A stretch of DNA of 64,000 bases from Spirochaetales bacterium (GTDB lineage Bacteria > Spirochaetota > Spirochaetia > DSM-27196 > SLAA01), in the NCBI GenBank assembly GCA_007127105.1, contig SLAA01000039.1, positions 755 to 64,754 of the forward strand, read 5' to 3'. Positions 8,634-17,185 of the stretch are shown in pieces. The position numbers were made by a program, and so were the translations under genes. Each line of letters begins with the position of its first letter. Positions within the stretch are counted from its first letter, which is position 1. The notes beneath the pieces were generated by a model, which ran no database searches, was not told where the DNA came from, and saw only the letters and a list, made by a program, of their open reading frames with translations.

Positions 8634-10070
8634 TTAGGAAGCGCCCCTGCCCGGAAGACGCGGGCTGAGACCAAGCGAGAACACAGCGGCGAGAACACCG
8701 GCCACAAGATAGAATATGAAGGTTGTGCTGTAGGCCTGCAATCCTACGCCATGAGCATCCAAGCCAGCCTGAAGAATCACACCACCTATGGCGGCACCCA
8801 GCATGGAGCCCCCGAAGCGCACCATGCTGTACAGGCCTGCCGCGGCACCGGCCTGCGACTGTGGTGTAGCTGCCAAGGCATAGATATGGAGTGCTGCCAG
8901 ACAGAGCCCGGCGCCCAGGCCGTGAATCACCACCGCAACAAGTACCGGCGCGGTGGAGGCACCCTCGGGGAGAAGGAGAAACATAGCCATTGCCGCCACC
9001 TCAATAAGGAGGCCGAGAACTATCTGGGTCCGACGACCACTGCGGTCAATCATAACCCCGCCCAAACGCATGGTGAGGAGCAACGCCGTAGCGTGTAATG
9101 TCAGTACCAGACCAACGGCCGAGGCCGGGTACCCATGCAGATCTGTAAGAAGCAACGGCACGACAAAGGAAACGCCGCCCATCATCATCATGCGAATGCT
9201 TACGCATAACGAAGCAAGGCTGAAATTTCGGTTTCGGAAGAGTCGGAGATCAATAAACGCATCGGAACGTCGGCCCTCATATGCCACGAATGCTATACCA
9301 GCAAGCACTGCGACCGCGGCGAGCCGGAAATCTCGGAAAGGAGCAACTCCAGTAACAAGCCGGCTAGATGTGAAGAAGACGAACGTAACAACGGCAACCT
9401 GAAAGAGAACAACCCCAACCCAGTCAAAACTCGGAAGAAAACTGCGCGCCGAGCGCCTGTCGACGACATCCGGGAGACCCCGTGATACCCCTCGAACGGC
9501 AAGCAGGCCCAGCACCAACGCTGGCAGCAGGATGAAGCGCCATGAGACAACATCAATGAGGAGTCCCGCCGCGGGTGGCCCCAGAATACCGGCGACCGGC
9601 CCAATTGAGTTCCAGGTGCCGAGTGCCTTTCCCCTTGACTTACTCGGCACGTGCTCGAGGATGAGCGCCATTGAGAGCGGGTTCACCCCTGCGGCACCCA
9701 TACCCTGGACAACACGCGCCGCAAGCAGGAATCGAAAATCCCGAACGAAGGCCAGCATGAGACTTCCCGCAAGAAAGAACACAATGCCGAACACCAGAAG
9801 CCGTTTGCGACCAACCGCGTCCCCAAGCCGTCCATACAGAGGCATGCAGAGCATAAAAGGTAGCGAATACGCTACCAGCAACCATGCGGCTGCATCGGCA
9901 CCGAGTCCGTAACGATCACGAATGACCGGTACAGCCACTGCAAACATCGCCATGGTCATAATGACCATGAGGCTGGGAATCATGAGGGCGGTAACAACTC
10001 CAGATTCGCTCGCAACCGGTGGCGAACTGCTACCGGACTTGAACTCGGAAGAGGCGGAGGATGTCGACAT
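8634..10070 (-). CDS. MFS transporter
   Basis: Polytopic ~478-aa ORF with the MFS motif-A-like loop YGRLGDAVGRKR and many hydrophobic helices. The ORF track starts at TTG 10073; the adjacent ATG 10070 is preferred. Confidence 0.85.
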   Translation of the reverse strand: MSTSSASSEFKSGSSSPPVASESGVVTALMIPSLMVIMTMAMFAVAVPVIRDRYGLGADAAAWLLVAYSLPFMLCMPLYGRLGDAVGRKRLLVFGIVFFLAGSLMLAFVRDFRFLLAARVVQGMGAAGVNPLSMALILEHVPSKSRGKALGTWNSIGPVAGILGPPAAGLLIDVVSWRFILLPALVLGLLAVRGVSRGLPDVVDRRSARSFLPSFDWVGVVLFQVAVVTFVFFTSSRLVTGVAPFRDFRLAAVAVLAGIAFVAYEGRRSDAFIDLRLFRNRNFSLASLCVSIRMMMMGGVSFVVPLLLTDLHGYPASAVGLVLTLHATALLLTMRLGGVMIDRSGRRTQIVLGLLIEVAAMAMFLLLPEGASTAPVLVAVVIHGLGAGLCLAALHIYALAATPQSQAGAAAGLYSMVRFGGSMLGAAIGGVILQAGLDAHGVGLQAYSTTFIFYLVAGVLAAVFSLGLSPRLPGRGAS

Positions 10071-10197
10071 CAAATAAGCATAGCCCGGGTAGGACTTTGA
10101 GGCAAGCGACCGCCTGATGGCTCAATTTCCTCCAAACTGAGGCCAACCCCTTGAGAATCATGCGCCTGTGCTTTAGGTTAGTGGTAAGGAGTTTTGT

Positions 10198-10665
10198 ATG
10201 ACGGTAGAAGAAAACAAAGTTGTTAGTATTAACTACACAGTTCGCAATGAGAAGGGCGAGGTGCTTGATACATCTGAGAATGGTGAACCTCTGAACTACA
10301 TCCACGGCACCGGATCGGTCATTCCGGGCCTGGAAGATGCAATGTCCGGCCGCAACAAGGGGGACTCCTTCTCGGTGGAAGTAGAACCTGAGGCGGGTTA
10401 TGGGCAGTACAACGAAGAGCTGGTGTTCACTGTAGGCAAGGACCGCTTCCAGCAGGGCGTGGACGGACTTGAGGTTGGCAGCCAGGTGCAGGCACAGACT
10501 GCCGACGGTGGTGTACAGGTACTTACGGTGCGTGAAATTGGCGACGAAGAAGTAACACTGGACGCCAACCATCCGCTAGCTGGCGAGAAGCTCAAGTTTG
10601 ACATCACTGTGGAAGAAGTCCGTGACGCAGAGGATGAAGAAATTGAGCACGGTCACGTCCACTAA
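10198..10665 (+). CDS. slyD: FKBP-type peptidyl-prolyl cis-trans isomerase, SlyD-like
   Basis: 155 aa, with AAGGAG 6 nt upstream of the ATG. It is collinear with SlyD throughout (LNYIHGTGSVIPGLEDAM, AGYGQYNEELV, DANHPLAGEKLKFDITVEEVRDA, C-terminal HGHVH) but lacks a long His-rich tail. Confidence 0.9.
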   Translation: MTVEENKVVSINYTVRNEKGEVLDTSENGEPLNYIHGTGSVIPGLEDAMSGRNKGDSFSVEVEPEAGYGQYNEELVFTVGKDRFQQGVDGLEVGSQVQAQTADGGVQVLTVREIGDEEVTLDANHPLAGEKLKFDITVEEVRDAEDEEIEHGHVH

Positions 10666-10731
10666 GAACTCCTCATTGAGGTAGCGCCGTAGAGCTGTAG
10701 ACCGGACGGCGAAGGCGCCGCGGGCTGTGCC

Positions 10732-10801
10732 CCGGCTCGCGGCGGCGTTCAGCGTCCGCGGCGGCGTTTACGCACCGGCTCGCGGCGGCGTTCAGCGTCC
10801 G
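10732..10801. repeat. 43-bp-period direct repeat in the slyD/flavodiiron convergent intergenic region
   Basis: CCGGCTCGCGGCGGCGTTCAGCGTCCG occurs identically at 10732-10758 and 10775-10801. A degenerate third GCGGCGGCGTTTA lies between them. Coordinates were verified against the frame of ORF 10673..10879. Confidence 0.9.
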
Positions 10802-10817
10802 TTGGTTGCAGCAGTTC

Positions 10818-12068
10818 CTACTCGTCCTCAGTACTGGAAGACTCGAGCGCCCATTCTTTAACCTTGCGTGCCAGTTCACGACCGCGCTTGCGAATAAGTT
10901 TCAAGTCCTCCTCGGTGGGACGACCATTGAACTCAACTGGCTCGACGAAGTCCCAGTTCATTTTGTTCTCAGCGAGGATTTTGTCCAGCTCGCGCTGCGC
11001 ACCGCCAGACCAGCCGTAGCTTCCAAAGCGAAATGCCTTGCGGTTGTAGGCCTTCTTCTTTCCAATCTCGTCAATGACCGAGTGCATTGGCGGGAACATC
11101 TTGTATTCGTAGGTTGGCATGCCCAAGGCTACACCGGAGCACTGCCACACGGAGTCAAGCACGTGACTGAGATTCGACTCAGGCACCCTGTGCACCCGCA
11201 CCGGCACCCCCTCGGCCTCTATTGCATTGACCAAGGGCCGTACCGCCATCTCGGTCATGCCATACATGCTGCCCCAGATCACCGCTACCTCAGGTTTTGC
11301 TGGCCCCTTGGAGTAGGCCGCTAAGCGCTTATAGTCACGAATAATTCGGTAAGGGTCACGGCGCCAGACTATACCGTGCCCAGGCGCGATAACCTTCACA
11401 TCCAGTGCCTCAACCTTTTCTATTGCCTTGAGGGTTGGGTATGAAAAGGCCGCAACAATATTCGAGTAATAGCGCTCGGTCTCACGCTGGAAGAACTCTA
11501 TGAACTCCTCTCCAAGCGTGTCGTCGTAGGGGGCGTCGTCGGATACGCTCCCAAAACTGCCGAATGCATCACACGGGAAAATGGTTCGGGAGAGCGTATC
11601 AAAGGTTGCCATTGTTTCGGGCCAGTGAACGTTTGGAATGTCTTCAAAGGCCAAGACCCTGCCTGCGCCAAGATCAAGGGTGTCTCCGCTCCCGACCGTG
11701 ACCACGTTATCTACGATGCCGTAAAAGGCATCGAGAAGCTTTTTTGCCTTGACGCTGCAGTAGATCGTGAAGTCACCCTTAAGTGCCTTGAAGGCATCGA
11801 GCCACCCGGAGTGGTCCGGCTCCATGTGATTTATGATGACGTAGTCGATGTCTTCAAGTTTGACGTTTATCTCATCAAGCTTCGCGAACAAGGTTTCGGG
11901 TACGCCGTCCCAGTTGCAGACTCCATCGATAATTGCACACTTCTCACCCTGAACAATGTACGAGTTAAGCGAAACGCCGTTTGGAATGGGCCAGAAGCCC
12001 TCGAACAGGATGTCTTCAATATTCGCCGACAGACGATATACGCCGGGCACCACCTCGCTAGTTTTCAT
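10818..12068 (-). CDS. FprA-family flavodiiron protein (O2/NO reductase type)
   Basis: 416 aa. The N-terminal metallo-beta-lactamase-like domain has the diiron ligand motif H-x-E-x-D-H (NHMEPDHSG). The C-terminal domain is flavodoxin-like (VAVIWGSMYGMTE). AAAGAGG lies upstream of the ATG. Confidence 0.9.
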   Translation of the reverse strand: MKTSEVVPGVYRLSANIEDILFEGFWPIPNGVSLNSYIVQGEKCAIIDGVCNWDGVPETLFAKLDEINVKLEDIDYVIINHMEPDHSGWLDAFKALKGDFTIYCSVKAKKLLDAFYGIVDNVVTVGSGDTLDLGAGRVLAFEDIPNVHWPETMATFDTLSRTIFPCDAFGSFGSVSDDAPYDDTLGEEFIEFFQRETERYYSNIVAAFSYPTLKAIEKVEALDVKVIAPGHGIVWRRDPYRIIRDYKRLAAYSKGPAKPEVAVIWGSMYGMTEMAVRPLVNAIEAEGVPVRVHRVPESNLSHVLDSVWQCSGVALGMPTYEYKMFPPMHSVIDEIGKKKAYNRKAFRFGSYGWSGGAQRELDKILAENKMNWDFVEPVEFNGRPTEEDLKLIRKRGRELARKVKEWALESSSTEDE

Positions 12069-12148
12069 GCGGACCTCTTTGGTTTAGATTATCCTTCACG
12101 ATACTACCCAAGCATCATGAAAGCAAGGCATGCTCTACAGCCCGCAAG

Positions 12149-13378
12149 CTACAGACTCAGGTCCTCGGCAAGCTCACTCTCCACCTGCTGAATGAGGTGC
12201 TCAAGCTGTGCCTGCTCACGTTGGAGGCCCAAGTCTCTATACAGCCGCAGTGCATTTCGGTATGCATCCAGGGACTCTTCTCGACTGCCTTGCGAACCGA
12301 GAATGCCTCCTTGCACAAAGTAGGCTCCTGCCAGGCGTCGATAGGACTGTGACTCGCGCAAATTGTTGATAGACACCTCAATAATGCGGCTCGCTTCGCT
12401 TGCCTGACCAAGAAGCAGAAGTACTCGAGCAAGTTCGGTGCCCACCATTCCGGCGCCGCTGCGTGAGCCCGCACTCAGAAAGTTGGTAATGGCGTTCTCA
12501 AGGTAACCCACTGCGGCCATCGGGCGGCCGAGATTCATGTAGGTCAAGCCAATATTGAACGAGGTATTTGCATAGTCATGGAGATTGTTGGTTCGTTCGT
12601 AGTACTCGGAAGCAGCCTCATATTTTTCAAGTGCGCGATCGAGCTCACCCAAGCCGATGTAGTAATTGCCGTAGGTCCGCAGCACAGTACCCATGCCATT
12701 GTCGTGCCCCTGGGCCTCATAAATATTTCGGGCCCGGTCAAGCAAACCCGGCACAGGATCAAGCTGGCCAAGCTTGTAGTTGATCATGGCTGCCTCAGCC
12801 AAGGCGGAGGCGAGATGTAGGTCGTCGTCGAAATAGTCCTCAAGCTCAAGTGCTCGATCAATACTTCGCCGACCAGCCTCCAGCATTCCGTATCCGTGTT
12901 GCACAGATGCCAGGAGTCGACGCGAGTTGAGTTCCTCTACCGGCAGTTCCAACCTACGGTAGTTCTCACCAGCAGTTCCGAGCAGGCGAATTGCTTCGCG
13001 AGCTCTCCCCTGTTGGTAGCGGGCCAGAGCCAACAACTCAATCAACGCGGCACCGTCCGCATGCGGCGCCGCAGCCTCGGCCCTGTCGCCAAGATACTCA
13101 AGGAGCGGAACCGCGCGCGGCCCGTCCTGCATCTGCAACAACTCCCGCACAAAGGCTACACCATGCACAAAGGCCCGCTCGTCGCTTTCGCGCTGCAACA
13201 CCCTGGCCGCGCCCTCCGGCCCAGCGTTCCGGAGCTCATTCAGCAGCGTCTCATTCAGGTTTTCTGCAGCCACGAGTGGGGGCCGGAGGCTCATAACCAA
13301 GCCCAGGCCCAGCACAAGCACCAGCATGGGGACAGCTTTGCGAAGCGGCGTAGCATGGGTGCGACGAGGTGCTCTCAT
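12149..13378 (-). CDS. Secreted tetratricopeptide (TPR) repeat protein
   Basis: ORF 12149..13468. I chose ATG 13378 (GAGG 8 nt upstream), which gives the signal peptide MRAPRRTHATPLRKAVPMLVLVLGLGLVMSLRPPLVAA. The rest is repeated TPR-like helix pairs (e.g. LDRALEKYEAASEYYERTNN, SLDAYRNALRLYRDLG). Confidence 0.75.
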   Translation of the reverse strand: MRAPRRTHATPLRKAVPMLVLVLGLGLVMSLRPPLVAAENLNETLLNELRNAGPEGAARVLQRESDERAFVHGVAFVRELLQMQDGPRAVPLLEYLGDRAEAAAPHADGAALIELLALARYQQGRAREAIRLLGTAGENYRRLELPVEELNSRRLLASVQHGYGMLEAGRRSIDRALELEDYFDDDLHLASALAEAAMINYKLGQLDPVPGLLDRARNIYEAQGHDNGMGTVLRTYGNYYIGLGELDRALEKYEAASEYYERTNNLHDYANTSFNIGLTYMNLGRPMAAVGYLENAITNFLSAGSRSGAGMVGTELARVLLLLGQASEASRIIEVSINNLRESQSYRRLAGAYFVQGGILGSQGSREESLDAYRNALRLYRDLGLQREQAQLEHLIQQVESELAEDLSL

Positions 13379-13489
13379 GCCTAAAACCTCGTATACTTGC
13401 GCCTTGGAGTCAAGTCCTCTCCCACCTAACCTGTCAACCCACATTTGGGGTGACACGCGGCCGTACACGAACTATTATTCAGGCAAGAC

Positions 13490-15820
13490 ATGCTGAAAAT
13501 TCATCCTCATTGCCACAAGCGTAGAGATTCCCCAGCCAACACAGCGCGCCCGGGTGTGGTGCTTCTTACTGCATTGCTTATCATGCATCTGGGTCCATTC
13601 CACATCGCAGCCGAGGAGCCATCTGAGGAAGCCTCTAACGGGAGCGACACAGTGCTGCAGTTCAGCGGCAGCGAACCCAAGGTAGCACTGGTGCTCTCCG
13701 GGGGAGGGGCACTTGGCTTTGCCCATATTGGGGTCATTGAGCTTATAGAGGAGCTCAACCTTCCCATTGATATAGTGGTGGGCACCAGTATGGGCGCAAT
13801 TGCTGGTGGGCTTTACGCTGCCGGGTATAGTGCCCAGGACATGGCCGAGGTTGTCGGTGGGATCGACTGGGTCGGGATATTTGTGGAGACGCCACCCCGC
13901 AGCCGCTTTAGTTTCAGAGAAAAACAAGACTCTCGCGCGTATGTCGCACGCATAGATTTCGAGCGCGGTGGTGGCCTCATGCTCTCACCCGGCATAATTA
14001 GTGGGCAGCGCGTTCTGAATCTCCTGGCCCTTTTGACCGTCGAGTACGCCGACGAGGACGACTTTGACGCCCTGCCCCGTCGCTTTCGGGCCGTAGCGGC
14101 GGATATCGGAACCGGGGAAGAAGTGGTGATAGGTTCCGGGTCACTCGCCGCAGCAATGCGCGCCTCCATGGCGGTACCGGGTGTATTTGAACCCATTGAA
14201 CTCAATGAGCGAATGCTGGTTGACGGCGGCATCGTCAATAACCTGCCAACCGACATTGCAAAGAGCCTGGGCGCCGATATCATCATTGCAGTGGACCTTG
14301 AACCGGAGTTACGTCCCGGAAATGAGCTGTTCGGAGTCTCGGACGTCATGGCCCAGACGCTGTCGCTCTTAATTGACCGCAACAAGGAGGGCAAGCGAGA
14401 TATTGCCGACATCGTGATTTCTCCCGATCTTCAGGACTACACCGCAGCAAGTTTTGCAAACTCACCTGAGCTCATTGAGCGCGGGCGCGCAGCTGCCGAG
14501 TCCCATAGAGAAGAGCTCGAGCAGTTGGCGGAACAGATCAAGGCAGTTCGAGGCACGCCGCCGCCAGTAGAGCGCAAACGACTGCGGGAAGTCGTCCTGA
14601 GCGGCGTGCGCATTGAGGGAGCAACTCCCCAGGACGCTCAGCGCATTCGTGACTCCCTGGATCTCCAGGTGGGGAGCCCCATTCAACTTGAACAGCTCCA
14701 TTCCCGAGTCTCGGAACTCACCCACGAGACGGCGTATCGTTCAGTCCGTTACGAGCTCGCTCGCAAGGATGAGTCGCAGGCCGAGCTCCGCATCATGCTC
14801 GAACCACGACGCGAGTCCGACTATCTCATTCGACTTGGCTTTGCCTATGAGTCCCATTTCACCGACATTGATGAAGAACAGTTTGTGGTTGCCCTCAACA
14901 CCGCGGCAACAGGACTCACCACGACCGGCTCACAACTGTCGCTAACCCAGGAACTTGGCCGCAGCCAACGCACCCTGCTTGAGTACCATCAGCCGGTTAT
15001 TGGCCCCTACTATCTGCATGCCCTGACACGCTTCGACAACTTGCTGACAACACAGCACGAGACCGGTGACCCGAATGAGCAGTACCGGACGACCGCAGGC
15101 TCGGCGGAACTGCGCACCGGGTTAACAGTATTGAGCTACGCACACATGTACCTGGCCTACAGCGTAGCCGGGGTCTATTCGCGGCCACGATATAGCAAGG
15201 AGGTGTCCGAGCCGTCCTTCGAAGGGCGTGTGGCTGGCATGACAGCGGCATTTGAGTTCGACTCACTGGATCGGTTCCCCTTCCCGAATCGCGGTGCCTA
15301 CTACATGATACGCTTCAGCGAGTACGCGAGCTACTTTGGAAGTGAACTGGACTACCGGCGCGCTGGGATCAATTATCGCCGTTACTTTCCAATCACCGAC
15401 CGAAACGTCGTATCGCTGCACCTGCGCGGTGAGGGCTCATTCGACACCCAAGCTCCCATCTGGGACTCGGCCTGGCTTGGTGGACGTGAGGATCTCTTTG
15501 GCTACGACCGTTTTGAACGCCGCGCGAACCACTTGGTCCTGGCTGGCTTGGAGTACCGATTCCGGATACCAAGCCTCCCCGAACCAGCGCGAGAACGGGT
15601 CTTTGTCGCTCTGAGAGCCAATGCAGCGGCTCGAAGTCTTGGCGATGGGTACGACTTCCTCAACGATCTGGGTACGGCGGACACCGAGAATCTGGATCTT
15701 CTCTGGGGTACCGGACTTGGACTTGGTGTACGCACACCTATTGGAGCTGTTCAGGCCGACGCCGCTCTCAGGGACGGCCCGGAGTTTCGGTTCTACGTAT
15801 CGGTGGGCAACCACTTCTGA
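13490..15820 (+). CDS. Patatin-like phospholipase fused to POTRA + Omp85-type beta-barrel (PlpD-like, type Vd autotransporter architecture)
   Basis: 776 aa. It has a signal-like N-terminus, patatin motifs GGGALGFAHIG (oxyanion), GTSMGA (GxSxG) and DGG (catalytic Asp), a POTRA-like segment (VRIEGATPQDAQRIRDSLDLQVGSPI) and a C-terminal beta-barrel region ending in the aromatic residue ..VSVGNHF. Confidence 0.85.
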   Translation: MLKIHPHCHKRRDSPANTARPGVVLLTALLIMHLGPFHIAAEEPSEEASNGSDTVLQFSGSEPKVALVLSGGGALGFAHIGVIELIEELNLPIDIVVGTSMGAIAGGLYAAGYSAQDMAEVVGGIDWVGIFVETPPRSRFSFREKQDSRAYVARIDFERGGGLMLSPGIISGQRVLNLLALLTVEYADEDDFDALPRRFRAVAADIGTGEEVVIGSGSLAAAMRASMAVPGVFEPIELNERMLVDGGIVNNLPTDIAKSLGADIIIAVDLEPELRPGNELFGVSDVMAQTLSLLIDRNKEGKRDIADIVISPDLQDYTAASFANSPELIERGRAAAESHREELEQLAEQIKAVRGTPPPVERKRLREVVLSGVRIEGATPQDAQRIRDSLDLQVGSPIQLEQLHSRVSELTHETAYRSVRYELARKDESQAELRIMLEPRRESDYLIRLGFAYESHFTDIDEEQFVVALNTAATGLTTTGSQLSLTQELGRSQRTLLEYHQPVIGPYYLHALTRFDNLLTTQHETGDPNEQYRTTAGSAELRTGLTVLSYAHMYLAYSVAGVYSRPRYSKEVSEPSFEGRVAGMTAAFEFDSLDRFPFPNRGAYYMIRFSEYASYFGSELDYRRAGINYRRYFPITDRNVVSLHLRGEGSFDTQAPIWDSAWLGGREDLFGYDRFERRANHLVLAGLEYRFRIPSLPEPARERVFVALRANAAARSLGDGYDFLNDLGTADTENLDLLWGTGLGLGVRTPIGAVQADAALRDGPEFRFYVSVGNHF

Positions 15821-15907
15821 GTGGTTCCGCTCAGTTCCAGGCCGAGCCACTGCAGAAACGCTGGAGCCTTCCGCCAACCGTGACTCATATGGTAAGCTTC
15901 CCACATC

Positions 15908-17182
15908 ATGCAGACAACCGAAAAGCAGGTTCTCCGGCTGGGTATTGCTGGCCATGCCTTAGTTCACCTTTTTGAAGGTGTAACACCACCCCTTATTCCG
16001 CTGCTCGCACGCGAGTTCAACACCAGCTATCTGGCCCTTGGCGCGGTTGTTACTCTTTTCGGATATCTCTTTGGCTTTGGTTCAATTCCAGCAGGTTACC
16101 TTACCGACCGGGTGGGTCCGCGCCGACTCATTAGCATCTATCTCGTTGGCGCTGGCGTTGTCTCTCTGCTGTTTCCTCTATCTCGATCACTGGTGATGTA
16201 CGCGTTCTTCACCGCACTCATTGGACTGTTCGCCAGCAGCTATCATGCAGCCGGGAACACCTTGATCAGTCGTACCGTAAGCGAAAAGGGCAAGGCCTTT
16301 GGCATTCATGGAATAGCTGGGAGCATAGGCACCGCTCTGGTGCCAGCACTTGCAGCCGGGTTGGCGGCGCTTGGCGGATGGCGCGCCCCGCATCTTGTGT
16401 TTGGTGTGTTGAGTATTGGGCTGGGAGTTCTGTCCCTGCGGGTCCCGGAGGCGCCGCCCTCGCCTATCTCTCAGGCACCGCGGTCGGATCCGATGCCCGC
16501 CGCAGGTGCTCCCAGCTCTGCTACTCCTGTTCCCGCCCCCAAAGCCAAACGGCCGCTTGGACCTGTTCCGACGCGTTACCTTGTGACCTTCTGGCTTGGT
16601 ACCGGGCTATTCGGACTGGCCATGCGCGGGGTTCTTACCTTTCTTCCAGCATACCTCGGAGAGAGTTTTGCGCTGTTTGGCGAGGGAAATGGGATCGATA
16701 TTGTCACTCTCGGCGGCCTCAGCGCCACAGTAGTGCTGCTATCGGGTGCGGTAGGACAGTACCTTGGAGGAATTGCCGCAGACAAGTACAGCGGCGAGAC
16801 CCTGTATCTGCTGATTTTGCTCATGTCTTCACTGCTCCTACCCTTTATGGCCCTAAGCTCCGGCTTCGCGTTGGTTGCAATAGGGGTTGTGTTTGCACTC
16901 TTCGGTTTTGCGGTGCAACCGGTACAGAACTTTCTGCTTGTCAGGTATGTACATCCTGAGTCCCATGGAAAGATGTTTGGCATTCACTTTTTCCTGGTTT
17001 TTGGTGTTGGCTCGGCTGGCGCGGTGGTGTCCGGATACCTGGCCGATGTATTTGGACTCGCCTCTGTCTTTCTGGGAATGGGGCTGTTCTCGACAGTCGC
17101 AACTTTGTGCATTCTCTACCTGCACCTGAGTGTTCGGGCGGGACTGCCCGCAAGCTCGGTCACCCCGACGGAGGTGTCCTGA
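15908..17182 (+). CDS. MFS transporter
   Basis: 424 aa with about 12 hydrophobic helices, a motif-A-like loop (GYLTDRVGPRRL) and a Pro/Ala-rich central cytoplasmic loop. Confidence 0.8.
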   Translation: MQTTEKQVLRLGIAGHALVHLFEGVTPPLIPLLAREFNTSYLALGAVVTLFGYLFGFGSIPAGYLTDRVGPRRLISIYLVGAGVVSLLFPLSRSLVMYAFFTALIGLFASSYHAAGNTLISRTVSEKGKAFGIHGIAGSIGTALVPALAAGLAALGGWRAPHLVFGVLSIGLGVLSLRVPEAPPSPISQAPRSDPMPAAGAPSSATPVPAPKAKRPLGPVPTRYLVTFWLGTGLFGLAMRGVLTFLPAYLGESFALFGEGNGIDIVTLGGLSATVVLLSGAVGQYLGGIAADKYSGETLYLLILLMSSLLLPFMALSSGFALVAIGVVFALFGFAVQPVQNFLLVRYVHPESHGKMFGIHFFLVFGVGSAGAVVSGYLADVFGLASVFLGMGLFSTVATLCILYLHLSVRAGLPASSVTPTEVS

Positions 17183-17185
17183 TCT

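Noticed and set aside
13490-15820. The patatin gene as a CBASS-type (CapV-like) defence effector.
   Set aside because: It has a secretion signal, a POTRA domain and an Omp85 barrel (PlpD architecture). No cyclic-oligonucleotide synthase or other CBASS component is nearby.
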